Positions 26,246-40,439 of a stretch of 64,000 bases of DNA are shown one piece after another. Position 1 is the first letter of the stretch, and the number at the start of each line of letters is the position of its first letter. The notes under the pieces are model-generated. The model saw only the letters and a program-made list of their open reading frames with translations, did no database searches and had not been told where the DNA came from. The stretch comes from Octopus sinensis. Lineage: Eukaryota. The translations under genes and the position numbers were made by a program. The stretch covers positions 64,666,001-64,730,000 of the forward strand of contig NC_042998.1 in assembly GCF_006345805.1 (NCBI RefSeq), given 5' to 3'.

Positions 26246-26405
26246 GACGGACTTCTTTCAGTTTCACTCTACCAAATCCACTCACAAGGCTTTGGTCAGC
26301 CCGAGGTCATAGTAGAAGACACTTGCCCAAAGTGCTACGCTGTGAAGAGGAACCCGAAACCATGTGATTGGTAATCAAGCTACTTACTTCGCGGCCACTC
26401 TCACG
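26244..26405 (-). mobile_element. tRNA-derived SINE family C, 5' part
   Basis: Reverse complement of the CCAATCACATGGTTTCGGGTTC...TTGGGCAAGTGTCTTCTACTATG...GAAACTGAAAGAAG family core. Confidence 0.8.
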
Positions 26406-27529
26406 CTTATGTTTCTTCGCTTGTATGTGCATCTGTGTGTGTGTGTGTGTGTGCGTGCGTTTATTTTCTTTATGCACAAAGCTTTTAAAATTATTTTCAA
26501 TGCTCCCCATCCAATTTATCATTTTGTTATATGAATGTTAGTCATTATTTACTGTTACGTAAATTGTTTGCCCTTTGCTATGTTCGTGAGGATACTGAGT
26601 TCGTAGTGTTACGGACATGGAAACAAGTATACAAACAAAAGTTCTTGTGAAGTCTTCTTGTAAATGTGTATGACCAATTAGTAGAAGTTATCATTAGCTG
26701 AAGTATCCTTGCTTATAATGCAGTATAACACATTGTAGAGAATAAGTTTTTCTTCCAGAATGCTGGTGTGATAGATTCGGAGCCTCCAAATGCTGAATAC
26801 AATAATTCGCGAATCTCTTCAGAAAAAGCCTTTGTCCATGGATTCTGTAGCAGCCTTAAGCATGCACAGATAATTTAGAGTTGCATTTCAAAGTTAATAA
26901 TAAGAAAAGAATATAAGGTTTGATCTAAAAATGCTTATGGTGCGAATTAATGGAGATGTAGTTGTTGTGTTTGTTGTTTTCTGTGAAGCCGAGCCAACAA
27001 AGGCTACCAACTTGTAGTAAGGACTTTTAATGAGGTTATGCTATAAATACGAACTTATTTGTTTTTTTTTCTATTTTCATGTATTCAGGGAAAGCTTATT
27101 TCTCACTTCCTTTAGAAGAAGAGTGTCTTTAATAATTCATGTCCAACACATTTACAAAGCTGACGTTTGATTAATAATAGAATGTACATTCCCTTTTCCG
27201 GTGTTCGTATTCCGCCGTTAACTACAATTTGTTTAGTAAGTTATGATACAATGACTACAAATTACGAACAGCAATTTAGTTTGCTCTTGCAAAGCCAAAA
27301 ACACATTCCATTCACTTATAGTACTATACATATGTGTTAGTTTCGGTTTTCTATTTTTTATTTCTTTGGCTTAATTTCTAGGTGGTTTCTGTAAGTATTT
27401 GGCTTCGCTACCATATGGTTCCGGGTTCAGCCCCAGTGCGTTGTACCTTGGGTAAGTGTTTTCTACTATAGCCTCGGGATGGACAAAGGGTTGTGAGTGG
27501 ATTTAGTAGCCCGTCGTGCATATATATAG

Positions 27530-27843
27530 GAGACCCCCTTCGGTCATGAATGACCATGGGAATGATCCTAGAAAGTTGCCCTCCCTGACACACATCCGGG
27601 AAAGGTTGTTTATGGAAGACCAGCAGTCGCCCATGCATACCGGCCTCTCCTCTCCGCACCACCGATATTATCCAATGGAACGGCAAAGGCCGATACAACT
27701 TGGCACCAATGATGTCGCAACTCATTTCTACAGCTGAGTTAACTGGAGCAACGTGAAATAAAGTGTCTTACTCAAGAACACAACACGCAACCAGCCCTCA
27801 CAACCTCACGATCATAAGTCCGATGCTCTAACCACTGAGCCAT
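27530..27843 (-). mobile_element. tRNA-derived SINE family B
   Basis: Reverse complement of TGGCTCAGTGGTTAGAGCATCGGAC...GCGTGTTGTGTTCTTGAGTAAGACACTTTATTTCACGTTGCTCCAG. Confidence 0.8.
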
Positions 27844-29228
27844 TTATATATATATTTCGTAATATCACACCCCAATTCTATGATAAAAATGCGTTATGCT
27901 CTTACTGTTGTCATTATTGATGTTCATGTCGTTGATAGTGACGCCATTGGTCATGGTGACTTTGCATTTGTCTAGGTGTACAGACACCATTTGTTAACAA
28001 GCGAGATATATTTTCCGTGACAAAATGAAGCTAGTGGCTTTCTCCCCAGTTCAAATGTGCACTAAGCATATTCGAACGGATAATAACGTTGAAGTTGCAT
28101 TTGTTGTCATATTTTGATTGCTACCTCTCCTCATCCAATCGTGATATTTTCCGCGTCCGAAGGTGTTATCACTGCACGTTATTTAAATCATTTTACTATC
28201 GTTGTTGACTTCGTTATCATCGTATACATTGAGGTCACCCTTACTGCTTGCTTTACACTTTATGTTTCTGTTGTTTAAAACACAACCATCTCCAAAATTC
28301 AGACGTAACTTTAATATTTTTTTCGGTAACTTTTAGATCTTTCAGACTTTAATTTACAGACATGCTAGAGCAATGTCTCGAAGAATCGACCAAATTATTT
28401 CTATTTTAAAACCTGGTACTTATTCTATCGATCTCTTTTTCCGAACTATTTTATGACGAAGTAAGTTCACCAACACCGGTTCTCAAGTGGTGATGGGGGA
28501 AACACAAATACTAAGTCGATACAGACATCGATTCACACTCACACACATATATATATATATATATAGTGAGAATTTACAAAAGAAAAAACAAAAGACATGT
28601 GTGGAAAAAACAAACAGATGAATTAGTTTGTGTGTGTGTATGTGTGTGTCGCGAGCTTCTTTTAGTTTCCATCTACCAAATCCATTCGTCACCGAAAGGA
28701 TGGATGACAAAATCAACCATAGCAGAATTTGAGCTAAGAGCTCAAGTAGAGACGGAATGCCACTAATGATTCTGGCATTTCACAGTCTTAAGCTCATCAT
28801 TACGCTTAAGCGAAGGCGAAGGATTTTTTTTTTTGCGTTGTGTTTGTTTCCTTGTTTGTCCTTGGACAAGATATCTCAAGAACCGCTGGATGGATTCGGA
28901 TGAAACTTTCAGGGACATATGGCCTCGTGACTGGCACGAAGGAATTAGATTTGGGATCGATCCAGCACCGGACAAGAATTTTTGATTATTTGTTATATTT
29001 ACTTTCCATGATTACGATCTTACATTGACTTCCAAATCTTTCTGAATTATTTTCATTTCCAAAGATTCATTTTTGTTTCTCTACTATTAATTTTACTAGC
29101 GTCTCTATCTTAGTATAAACTGATGAATAAAGAAATCAAACTACATAAACAAACGGCAATGAAACAGTTCAGAAATTAAAAAAAAAAACACTTATACATT
29201 TTATTACACACAGACGCACACACACACA

Positions 29229-29284
<56 letters not shown>

Positions 29285-32200
29285 TATATTATATATATAT
29301 ATATATATTGTACATACATACATACTGTATTCTTACATAAATGCATATATTTATATATCGATCTAAAGTAACAGGAATACTTAAAGGAAGGCGGAAATTT
29401 ACGAAACGAGAAAACCAAAAACTGTCATGCTTTTCATTTGAAATTTCCTCAGAAGAACTTATTAATTACACCCGCATTTGAAAGTATTTTGAATGGTGAA
29501 TGCGTTAGATTTGGTTTGTATATATAAGGGTAAACAATTTATTATAGTTACTAAATTTTCTACAGCCACCTTCATGTTCCATGAATACCATTTGGATTGA
29601 TCTCCTACGAGTGAAGGATTCTGGGACTGTGAGGCTGGCAGATCTTGCTTAGCATTTTGTCCGTCTTTGTATTTAATCCTTTCTAGTTTGATAAAATAAT
29701 TACCATTTAAATACTGGGATCGATGTAACCGGCTTAACACCCGCCTCCGAAATTGCTGGCTTTGTGCCAAAATTTGAAGCCTATATTACGACAGGGTGGC
29801 TATTGAAGAAACGCAGAAAATACTTCTTGTAGATGTATATCGGTTATTTTTTAATTTATGTTATTTGCTCGAAGCCCATAATATGTAGAGTTTTGATATA
29901 CATTATATTTGGTGAAAACCTTTCAATGTTCTCTTTGTATATACTTTGCATGAGTTTGTTTTATGCAACATAGTCTATTAGAAAACCTGGTATTATTGCG
30001 AGGTATGCTTCTCACTTTAATATCAATGAAAGTACTATGAAATAAGCGATTGAAAGTTGCATTCTATTCTGTGGTATCAGTTTTGAAAGTGTTACTCAGA
30101 AGGACGAATTTATCTTTGTGGACAACGAATGTAAAAACTTATTAAAGTGAAGTAGTTTATGCCTAGAATAAAAAAATATACTGTAGGAAGATAATTTGCA
30201 TAAAACTGTCATAAGAGTTCCTCTTGCTAATAGAGATATATAAGCTGTGAATTCAGTAGACATGCATGTATATTAGATGCTGCTGTTTCAAAATTATATA
30301 GAAGCCGCTCCGTTTGTACAACCAAAACAACCGTCTTCTTTCCTTTATTAAATAAAGTATGTTTTAGTTATAAATGAAACCGAGTGGTGATTTATTCGGT
30401 TTGTAGTGAAGTACTTTCTAAATGCAAACATACTAAATGCAAACATTTTATGATGATTGTGTCATCTCAGGGGAAAAAATCTAAATATTTTCTATGTTAT
30501 TGAAGTGAATAGTTTTTACATTTATATTGAAAATTGTATATCACTTCAGTAATTTTAATTTCATGACGAATAATTATATACAAAGTTACTTTTATTTGAT
30601 ATGATGTAGTGGAGGTAACTCGGCTTTACCGATGATTTTGTATCAAATATGTATCAAATTTGATTTGATAATGATTTGATTGAAATAATAATTTTGTTAA
30701 CGTTTTATGATCGTTTTGTGCAAGGCACTTCTTCAAATGATATAAATTTAAATTTAAATATAATTCTTTATTAAACAGAAAGTAGGTACTGTTTTGATAT
30801 TGCATGATTAAACGAATATATTCTTGTGTTCATTATTGATATTTTCCATTACAATCGCTGATATTATACACAGACGCAAATATTGTTTCCATTTTCGAAT
30901 GTTTTACCATTTTGTTAATTTCTCTCATGACCAGTATATCTCAAATAATCTTTCAAATGCACGTGAAAGCTGTCATATAATCATATATAATAATTGATAT
31001 TACTGTTTTGAGACCAGTCAGTGGTATGGGGTGTAACACCTACACATATTTCTTCTTCGGAATATGAAAACAGAGCTTTCCTGTCTTGATTACAGACAGA
31101 CACCTCGACACTAATACATCTACAGACACGCACACATTAATATATAAAGATGTACACATCTACAAGTGCATAAACAGATAAAATGCGTAAAATATGCAAT
31201 AAAACTATAAATGCATAAACGTATAATTAAATTCTACTCCACCTTCCTGTACGATAATTATTGAAAGGAAACAACATGTATTTTCATTTGATTTTCATTT
31301 AATATTCCTCCTGAAGCACAGATGGAATTTTAGAGCAGTCATTGTTTTGCAACTTATGTCGTATATTACTACAAGTTTTGACACGTCGGTATCATCAACT
31401 AAATCCCCATTTCTTATACACACACTGTGTCTATTATCTAGAAGTGAGTTTATTATATCCCTTCATCGTGGAAATAGCTAGAAGTGAGTTTATGCATATA
31501 GACATTGTGCTTTAATATCGTCGATGAGCCTTTCCTTCCTCTTATACTGTTTACAATTATATTCCAAGCAATTTTCTCGATAAATATATTGCAAAATGCG
31601 TTCAATATTTAGCATGATTTTAATGTAAATAAAAATACACTGAAATAAACGATGTTTCGTTCCACAGCACTAAGATAATAATTTATCAGAAGGCAGATAA
31701 ATTTTACAGGGATTCTTCAAAAAATTGCTTCTCCATTACTAATTGATACAGGGGCGTTCTTTATTAATTCAATCGACAATGTGTGATGTGATATGCTTAC
31801 ATTATTTACACAAATAAGAATGAATTTGTCGGTTGCATTCTAAGTCGTTTCTTACAACAAACATAAGTAACTAGTTGACTGACTTTTACAAAACCAGCAT
31901 AAATATAAGACATATCGTTCAAAAAATAATCCTACATAAGTGATTAAATCCAGTCAATGCATGTTCTAGAAATAGTAGCTTTAGTATTTTAAATATACTA
32001 TTTTAGATATCAACTCATAAATAAATAGCGTCTGTAAACTAATGTAAATTCCGCATGGTCCTAACGAAAATTAAATTTGATCCTAATTCTTCTCCGTCAA
32101 AATTAAACTTGGACAAAGCTACTGCAGCGTGAGCACCATCATCATCATCGTCGTTGCCGTCATTATCATCTTCATAAACAAACTACCAGCACCACCACCA

Positions 32201-32349
32201 CAACAACAACAAGTAGACACGTTAAGAATTCATTAGTCACATTATAAACGCATCAACAAAAATATTTATACATGCATACACGTATATCTACGTATATCAG
32301 TCTATCCCTCTATGTATTAATCGCACACTCTCTCTCTCTCTCTGTATAT

Positions 32350-32461
<112 letters not shown>

Positions 32462-33856
32462 GCAGGTTATATACCGAAACAGTTTCTATCCCAGTCGGTC
32501 ATCCCGGTTTTCAAACAGGGAAACAGATCCCTCGCAGTCAACTATCGCCCAATCTCACTCACCTCCCACATCATTAAAGTGTTTGAAAGAGTGTTAAGAT
32601 CAAGGATAGCTGACTTCCTGGAGACCCACAAACTCCTAAATGCAAATCAGCATTGCTTTCACTGTGGCAGGGACTGTCTAACACAGCTCTTACACCACAT
32701 TGAAGATGTACTCAAAGCCTTGGGAACAGGTTCGAACTCTGACGTCATATATTTTGACTTCAGTAAAGCGTTCGACAGGGTAGACCATAACATCCTACTC
32801 TCAAAATTGGCAAACGTTGGAATCCGTGGAAAAGTTCTACACTGGATTAAGTATTTCCTGGCGAATAGAACACAACATGTTATAGTTGATGGAGTCCACT
32901 CAAACCCAACAAAAGTCACCAGCGGTGTTCCACAGGGAACTGTTTTGGGTCCGCTACTCTTCATAATTTACGTAAACGACCTTTCCAGTGTCGTACATTA
33001 CTGCAAAGTGAAAATATTTGCTGATGACACTAAGCTCCAGCAAATCGTCAATGAAGAAGCAGACCGAACTCAACTCCAGTCTGATCTATATGCTGTGAGT
33101 CAATGGGCAGACAGAAACAAAATGCAACTGAATGAGGGAAAATTTGAGCTGATGCATTTTAGAAGAAATTCCTCACTAAAACAACCATGCTCTCTTCCTT
33201 CAGGGGAACCGCTCACAGCATCTAACAATATCAGAGACCTGGGTGTAATTGTTGATGACGATCTCAGTTGGAGTGCACACATCAACAAGAAGGTCGATAT
33301 AGCTCGTAGGATGAGTTCCTGGATCTTAAGAACGTTCCGGTCCAGAGAACAAGGTGTCATCATACCACTTTTTTCCTCCTTTGTACGGCCACACCTTGAA
33401 TACTGCTGCCCACTGTGGTCTCCTCACACAAGACAAAACATCTCCAGAATTGAGTCACCCCAGAGGGCACTCACTAAACGCATTGAAGGCATGGCTGCTC
33501 TCGATTATTGGGATCGCCTTAAAGCCTTGAAACTTTACTCCCTCCAGCGTCGCCGTGAGCGGTACATCATTTGTACGATGTGGACAATATACCGCCAACT
33601 TTGCCCAAACGACCTAAACATTAGCTTCAAGGTTCATCCAAGACTTGGACCACGGGCTATACGTCCCCTGCCCAATTCAAGATCACAACATACATGTACA
33701 CTGCAACATAATTTCTTTTCCTCAACAGGCCCTGCCCTATTTAACATTGTCCCGAGGGAGATCAAAGAGGAAAAGGATCCCATCAACTTTAAACATAGTC
33801 TGGATAGATTCCTTCATAGAATACCAGATAAGCTACCCATAATTGGATACAACTAA
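32462..33856 (+). CDS. LINE ORF2 reverse transcriptase, uninterrupted but 5'-truncated frame (about 465 codons; the track ORF 32579 starts at an internal GTG)
   Basis: NYRPISLTSHIIKVFERV, DVIYFDFSKAFDRVDH, SGVPQGTVLGPLLF, IFADDTK, RDLGVIVD, RPHLEYC; no endonuclease domain and no native start. Confidence 0.9.
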   Translation, partial: AGYIPKQFLSQSVIPVFKQGNRSLAVNYRPISLTSHIIKVFERVLRSRIADFLETHKLLNANQHCFHCGRDCLTQLLHHIEDVLKALGTGSNSDVIYFDFSKAFDRVDHNILLSKLANVGIRGKVLHWIKYFLANRTQHVIVDGVHSNPTKVTSGVPQGTVLGPLLFIIYVNDLSSVVHYCKVKIFADDTKLQQIVNEEADRTQLQSDLYAVSQWADRNKMQLNEGKFELMHFRRNSSLKQPCSLPSGEPLTASNNIRDLGVIVDDDLSWSAHINKKVDIARRMSSWILRTFRSREQGVIIPLFSSFVRPHLEYCCPLWSPHTRQNISRIESPQRALTKRIEGMAALDYWDRLKALKLYSLQRRRERYIICTMWTIYRQLCPNDLNISFKVHPRLGPRAIRPLPNSRSQHTCTLQHNFFSSTGPALFNIVPREIKEEKDPINFKHSLDRFLHRIPDKLPIIGYN

Positions 33857-33980
33857 CCCAACAAGAACTCACTACTTGAACAAAACTTGACTTAAACAGG
33901 TTTCGAATAATCCTATCAGGTGGTGCTATTAAGAGTTAGACATGGCCTGGACCAATCTTTGGTCGAAACATATCTAAGTT
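32462..33980 (+). mobile_element. 5'-truncated CR1/L2-group LINE inserted in (TA)n, with 3' stem-loop and (ATCTAAGTTT)2 tail
   Basis: Contains the RT ORF; 3' GACC-AATCTTT-GGTC hairpin then tandem tail; (TA)n on both sides. Confidence 0.92.
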
Positions 33981-34094
33981 TATCTAAGTTTATACATATA
34001 TATATATATAGTCAAAATAAGCAATACCGTACTAAATTCTGGTGCCGCCTCAAATTAAGTACCATATTCATCTGAATCTAAATTTTTGCTTATA

Positions 34095-34136
<42 letters not shown>

Positions 34137-35309
34137 TGTGTGTCTGTGTATGTAAGTATGTATATATTATGTATACACACAACTTATTTCTGATCCTGAC
34201 GTACAGAAATAATTATTCAGTTAGCACGAAGGCTTCTGAGCTCAGTCAATGTGGAATCTAGTTATAGAGAGGAAACAATTAAAAATTGATACTGTTAGTT
34301 TGACTCTACTTCAAGCATTGTGACCTGCAGACATAGTTAGACAAATAGAGACATGGGAATGAGTAAACTTTAACACATTGCAATACATCTTTTGACGAAA
34401 ATTTGCGGGTAATGTAGTTAAAAATGGTAAATCTAAATTCAGTTAATGCAATAGACAGCAGTAATATCGGTAAATTAGTATAAGATACAAACTAACGTCG
34501 ATGTGCGTAGAATTATTCATTACAACCTATTTTGAAATGTTACATTAATATCTCGTATATTAATAAAGCATCGGTGCGAAATATTGGCACTTTGCCCACA
34601 TGAATTAATTGAAGAGGAAATAGCTTGAGTTGTTAGTATCATGATGTCTACGACATTATTTAATATTAGCAATGGAAATTAATAAAGAACACGCTGAATA
34701 TAGAAGGCTTTCCGCCATTCACAATAGCCAAATGTATCCCATAATACATATTTAAAAGGAGGATGGTGGCGAGACTCTACAGAATATCTGTTATAGTGAC
34801 TTATATCGCAATTAGTTCTCAATGAACGCGAACAGAATATGTCGAGCGGTAGTTCAGCTGACACTTAATTCAGTTTACATAGCTATTGTATACATGACTG
34901 TATCTAAATAATTGATGCCTGAACGGCTTCTCAACAATGCATAACGCTAGTGATATATTAAAGGAGAGCAATGGGATATATGTATGCACTTGTGTAAATT
35001 AAGGGAACATTAGTGCAGTCAAGGTGAATAATGGGCTCCGAGTTTGAAGCAAGAGATAATGAGCAATGTTGCTATTCCTGATACAATCGACATTAATTAA
35101 TATTATCCAAATAATATAATTGCTACACAACGATTGTTGAATAGGGAGACAGGGGATCAAATAATCACCAGTCAACTACAGATATTAAGCTGTGCCTTGT
35201 GTGTTCGAACGATAGTCGCCATTATAATTATACCATAAGATTCAGAAATAATATATGATTAGAAAACATTCTGGAATGTTCATTACTTATAATTTTACCC
35301 ATTAACATG

Positions 35310-35597
35310 CGCGATTGTGTAGTAAGAGTCTTGCATCACAAACCCATGTTTCCGGGTTCGGAACCATAACGTGGCACCTATATGTGTGTGTGTATGTATG
35401 TGTGTCTGTCCCCAACTTCCGCTTGTCAACCGGTGTTGGTGTGTTTACGTCACCGTGACTTAGCAGTTAGGCAACAGTCCCAGATATAATAACTAACAGC
35501 CTTTAAAAAAATCAACTGTGGTCAATTCATTTCACTAATCATTCTTCAAGTCGGTGTCCCAGCATGGCTACAATGTAATGACTGACACAAGTAACAG
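35310..35597 (+). mobile_element. SINE family C, diverged
   Basis: CCCATGTTTCCGGGTTC head and AACCGGTGTTGGTGTGTTTACGTC...CCAGCATGGC tail. Confidence 0.7.
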
Positions 35598-35664
35598 ATA
35601 AAACATATATATGTGTGTACGTGTGTGTGTGTGCGCGCGCTTAATGTTATCTTTCTCTCTCTCC

Positions 35665-35755
<91 letters not shown>

Positions 35756-37792
35756 GTATTCATATGCAAAGAGATTGAGAAAGAGAGAGAGTATAACAGA
35801 ATAAATTAAAACGGAATCGTGATTAATCAAGCTCTTTTTCAACATAATAGCAGCTGGATTTCATAGTACACATGACATGTGTCATATATATTGATACATT
35901 GATAACAATAATAGATTGTTAGAAATGATTCACCTCAGCTGAATTGTTTTCGTATTTTGTGTTGAAAAGGAAATTCAGCGATATATCGTATAATAATTGA
36001 ATTATGAATAGGAAATACGTCATTTGGAAACAATAGATTATAGCAATATATTATACTCTGATATTCCTGTCTGATATTTCTATATTCCAAATTGCATTCC
36101 GGTATTAGCCCTTATATATTCGTTAAAACTTTATCGTTTCAAGTGAGACGTAATTTATTAGTTTCAAGAAAACTGACACCAATGCTTTGTCGAACAGTAT
36201 CATCGTACTAAATTGACCCCCGAGATGTCTTTTCATCTGATTCTTATATATTGTCATCTTAAAGAGAATTCACAAATAAGGTATAACCTGAAGAATTTAA
36301 TTGCAAATCTAATCGTGTACGTAGGAAATTATATCATTTAAAAATTTGCTACGGCGCATTATTTAGCATTGCAGAGGTTTTTTGTTGTGTAGCATGTAGA
36401 GAACTTCTGCCAATTTCTTGAAAGTAGGTATCCAAATACAGAATGACAGAAATGAATATATAGAGTACGTTCTAAAATTGATATAGCTTAAAATGTGCAT
36501 CATTAGAAAATTCAATGATACTAATATTAGCGTTCCATCGATGATTGTCATCGGGGGAATAGCAAAAAGAAAGGACGAGGGTGTATTATTCAATTCGAGA
36601 CTGAGACATGTACATATAAATTTAATTATTTGCTATTTATAATCATACTGAAATGAGTAATGTATTTTATTTCTTCCTTTGAATTTGCCTTTTGCTTGTT
36701 TATTTATTAAGCGTAGATGACTGCTTTATTTTGGTAGATTTCAACAAAGATTTCTTGCCGAAATTATTATACAAACTCTAATTGTAAACTGAAAAGTAAA
36801 ACATGAAGAATTTAATGCCTTGCTTCCTATTCAACCTGTGTTTAGACCTAAAACCAATGCTTACTACATGATCTGAACGATAATAGTTGGAGTCAATAAG
36901 CCACGTTAAAATTTAACTCTTTAAAGAAAGAAACGCATGTCAACGTCTATCATGAAAATATACTATGGACCGGAGTTAATTCTACTTTAGCAATTTCGTT
37001 GCATCGGAAACTTTGTTGAAAAGCAAAGCCTGCAAAGTTTTGGAAATACGTACAATAATGTAATGGTGTTATATTTTGAAGACGTATTGAAATATTGATT
37101 TAAATTTCAATCAGTTTTGATTGCATTTATGGAGAACACCTCTATAGCCATAATAATTTTATTAATCATATTGGTTCCGTTAATGATATTATGCAACAAA
37201 AATGCTGAAAGATACCGTTGCTGGAATATCTGGGCAGTGAATCAATTTAATTTCAATCCGTGATTTTCGAAAATATTGTGTAAAATTTTCTTTCGCGTCT
37301 AGATTTTGCGTAATCATATTCTACCACGTTTGGAGATTTATAAATGAAAGAGCATATAAAATGATTCCCTGTAGAATAAATTCCAATTCAATTTAGTTTT
37401 GAAAAGTGCACATTATCATTAACATGATATCAGTTAAAGGAGGACATGATTCAGCAAGAATGTAGGAGCGGGATCTGCCGTTTATCCAGTCAGAAGCTGA
37501 GAAATAGTTCATAATCCCGGTGTAGTTTGCTCACAGTTCTTTTCGTCTAATTTAACTTGGCAGCATAATTTCCTTTCACAGATAATGCGGCAGGTCTTCT
37601 TTATACTGTTGTTTTGTTGCATTAGATCATTTTTGCTTCAAATTGTGTAATCAATGAAAAACAACATATAATTTCATTGAAAATGCAAGAGCCTTAGAAC
37701 GATTAGACTCTGAGATATCTTGCCTGATATTAGTCAAACCAATCATAAACTTGCAAAGGGTTATGTTTATTTCTTAACTAATTCGACCATTG

Positions 37793-37828
<36 letters not shown>

Positions 37829-37829
37829 T

Positions 37830-38125
37830 GGACTCTCCCATCGTTAGATGGCATATGGGAGTTCGACAATTTCTTACAGAACAACCACAGAAATGATTTT
37901 TCATAGTGATCAAATGTTTGTCTACACATAAGGTCACTCCCTCCATCAGATCGACATAACCTGTACAGGTGCAATGGCTGCCACAGGCCAGATGTCGAAA
38001 CGATCGCAGAGCAACGTGAAATGAAGTGCTTTGTTCAAGAAGACAACGCAACGCCCTGTATGGGAATGGAGCCCACGATCTTGAAATCGTATGTGCAACA
38101 TATTAACTACTAAGGCATGCGCTTT
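37830..38125 (-). mobile_element. SINE family B
   Basis: Reverse complement of GCGTTGTGTCTTCTTGAACAAAGCACTTCATTTCACGTTGCTC core. Confidence 0.75.
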
Positions 38126-38234
38126 CACACGCGCACACATACAATAAATGAACATCATAGAAATTATTGCCCTCTATACAGATATAAAACAGAGAATCAT
38201 CATACAGTCAAAACAAGTGTGTCTCTTTCTCACT

Positions 38235-38370
38235 CTAGTTTGCTTCCCAACGGCAAGCTTCCTTGTTCAGTCCCATTGCGTGGCAACTTGGGCAAGTGCC
38301 GTCTACCATAGCCTCGGGCTGACCATAGCTTTGTGTGTGGATTTCGTAGACAGAAACTGAAAGAAACCCG

Positions 38371-38410
<40 letters not shown>

Positions 38411-38630
38411 TATATGTATGTATTTGCGTGTCTGTGTTTTCCTCCACCATCGCTTGACAACCGATTTTGCTGTCTTTACGTTCACGTAACCCAGTGGTTA
38501 GGCAAAAGAAACCGATAGAATAAGTACTAGGTTTGAAAAAGAATAAGTCTTGGGTGGACTAGTTAGACTAAATCTGTTGTTCTAGTATGGCCGCAGACAA
38601 ATGATTGAATTAAGTAAAAGAATAAAAGAA
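38235..38630 (+). mobile_element. SINE family C, full length with internal (TA)n
   Basis: TTGCTTCCCAA...TTGGGCAAGTG...GTAGACAGAAACTGAAAGAAACCCGTC-(TA)n-CCACCATCGCTTGACAACCG...ATAGAATAAGTACTAGG. Confidence 0.85.
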
Positions 38631-40439
38631 TATACATACACACACACACACACACATATATATATATTGGTAGAATTCACGAAAAAAAATTAAAAACGAA
38701 GACAGGTGGTGTAGAAAACAAACAGATATATTAGTATAACGCTCGGGAATAGAAAAAAAAAATTAACGTTTCCAGCCCACGCTCTTCCACAGAACGGAAC
38801 ACAGAAAGAAACAAGGAGAAAGAAAAAAATATATATATAAAGGGAGAAAGAGTGGATCTGGTTGAGGGAAACTGAAACAAGCTGTCGTACATATGTTTGC
38901 GTGTGTGCAGGTATGAGTTTCTTTTTGTCTGCGTATGTCCCCCACAATCTCCTGCAAACCTGTGTTTCTTTACGTTTTCGTAACTGAGAGGTAAGGGTTG
39001 CATACTTTTTGTGTACTCAATTCAATATGGAAATTTTATTGTTTATGACGTGGCCTGCTACATATGGAAAGTGTGCTGTTTTCCTCTTCAATAATAAAAA
39101 CTTATATATATACTTACATCTAGAGAAAATTCCGTATCTATCTAGAGTTCAGCTGGTCGATAGAGTTATTAGATTTAAGAAATACGTAATAATTCGGTTA
39201 AACAAAACCTGTACCTCTTTGAGCCATAAACTATTTGTCGGATCATTCTACGATGCTCTACTCGATAGTGTGTGATGTATTGCTTGACCCTCATTCCCAT
39301 ATATAGCTGGCGCTAGCTTAATGATTTTGTTTTTACTTACATGTTGGAAAAAAGTGGTATTTTGCATAACAGTTTCGAAGTCACATAAATATTCCATATA
39401 TTGGTTTTTTTTTTACTTATTTCGTTATTTAATAAACTTGGGTAACCTCAGCATCGTAAACCCCTGAACTAACCATGCATACTTGGAGGAATGTGACTGG
39501 GTACCTGCAGGTACAATTTGGAGGAATCACTTAGTGTGATCCACACGTAATAATACACTTCATATTAGAGCGGCAGTTGAAGGAATCAGTCAGTAAAACT
39601 TTCATACCACTATTAGATCAAACAAGTGAGCTTTCACTGATGTTTATTCTTTTACAGACTTTCAAAAAATGATGTCGTATGTGGCATAAGGAAGATTTAT
39701 TTCCTTCCTCGAAGATGTCTCATATGACTCATCAAAATGTTTTTGGACATTTCTCCTTCATGGTAAAAATTAACTCCAGGAGATATTTAATATTATTTCT
39801 ACAGATCTAAATAAATCAATTTTAATATCGCTGTCTGAAAAATTATCACTTATTGTGAGTTATTATATAAATTTCTTGTATCTGTATGTCCAGAGTGCTT
39901 TCAGAAAAATATATCAAGTAATTAGTAAAGCTAATATTATCGGTATTACGCAGTTTCTTTTCCAGAATTGTAAAAATGGGAAATAATCTCTGAATTAAAA
40001 ATTAATAATTGCCTGGCGCTAGTAGGCTTTAATATTTGATGATTGCTATGCTGCAAAGCGACAGTTCCATGATATCTTCTCTCTAAGTCTTCAATATATT
40101 TCTTTAGTACAGTTTTTTTTATATTTTAAAGACCTGATAGCTAGACATATTTCAATTGTTTTGCGCTTATTTCTACTAATGGATTAATATTCGGTAATTA
40201 ATTCTTATTATAAATTGAAGTAAATTGTCAATGTAACATACTGAAATACGTCGCACAAAACGCATTTGATATTCTATACATATGTTCAAGTATATCTCTG
40301 TAGCTGTCTCTTGTGTGTTTGCATAAAGAATATTTTCGAATATTTTGATGGTCAAATGACAAACTATCATTAATGTAGAAAGCAGTGTTACTCAATAATT
40401 GATACCATCCTAAGCTAAAGATCGTTAAAAAAAATATCT

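Noticed and set aside
29995-30200. ASHFNINESTMK, resembling a pogo/CENP-B HTH
   Set aside because: Only about 12 residues match; remainder unalignable
33940-33975. Hairpin followed by GAAAC at LINE 3' ends (also about 11815)
   Set aside because: No CUGANGA half; better explained as the LINE 3' recognition stem-loop
36363-36593. Hydrophobic 76-aa minus-strand ORF resembling a transmembrane segment
   Set aside because: AT-rich DNA yields F/I/L-rich ORFs by chance; no family motif or splice context
39430-39900. Possible LRR C-terminal cap remnant (DSFNCRSNMKC...CTCRYP) on the minus strand and a strong-looking acceptor at about 39657 on the plus strand
   Set aside because: Stops in all frames; similarity too weak to support
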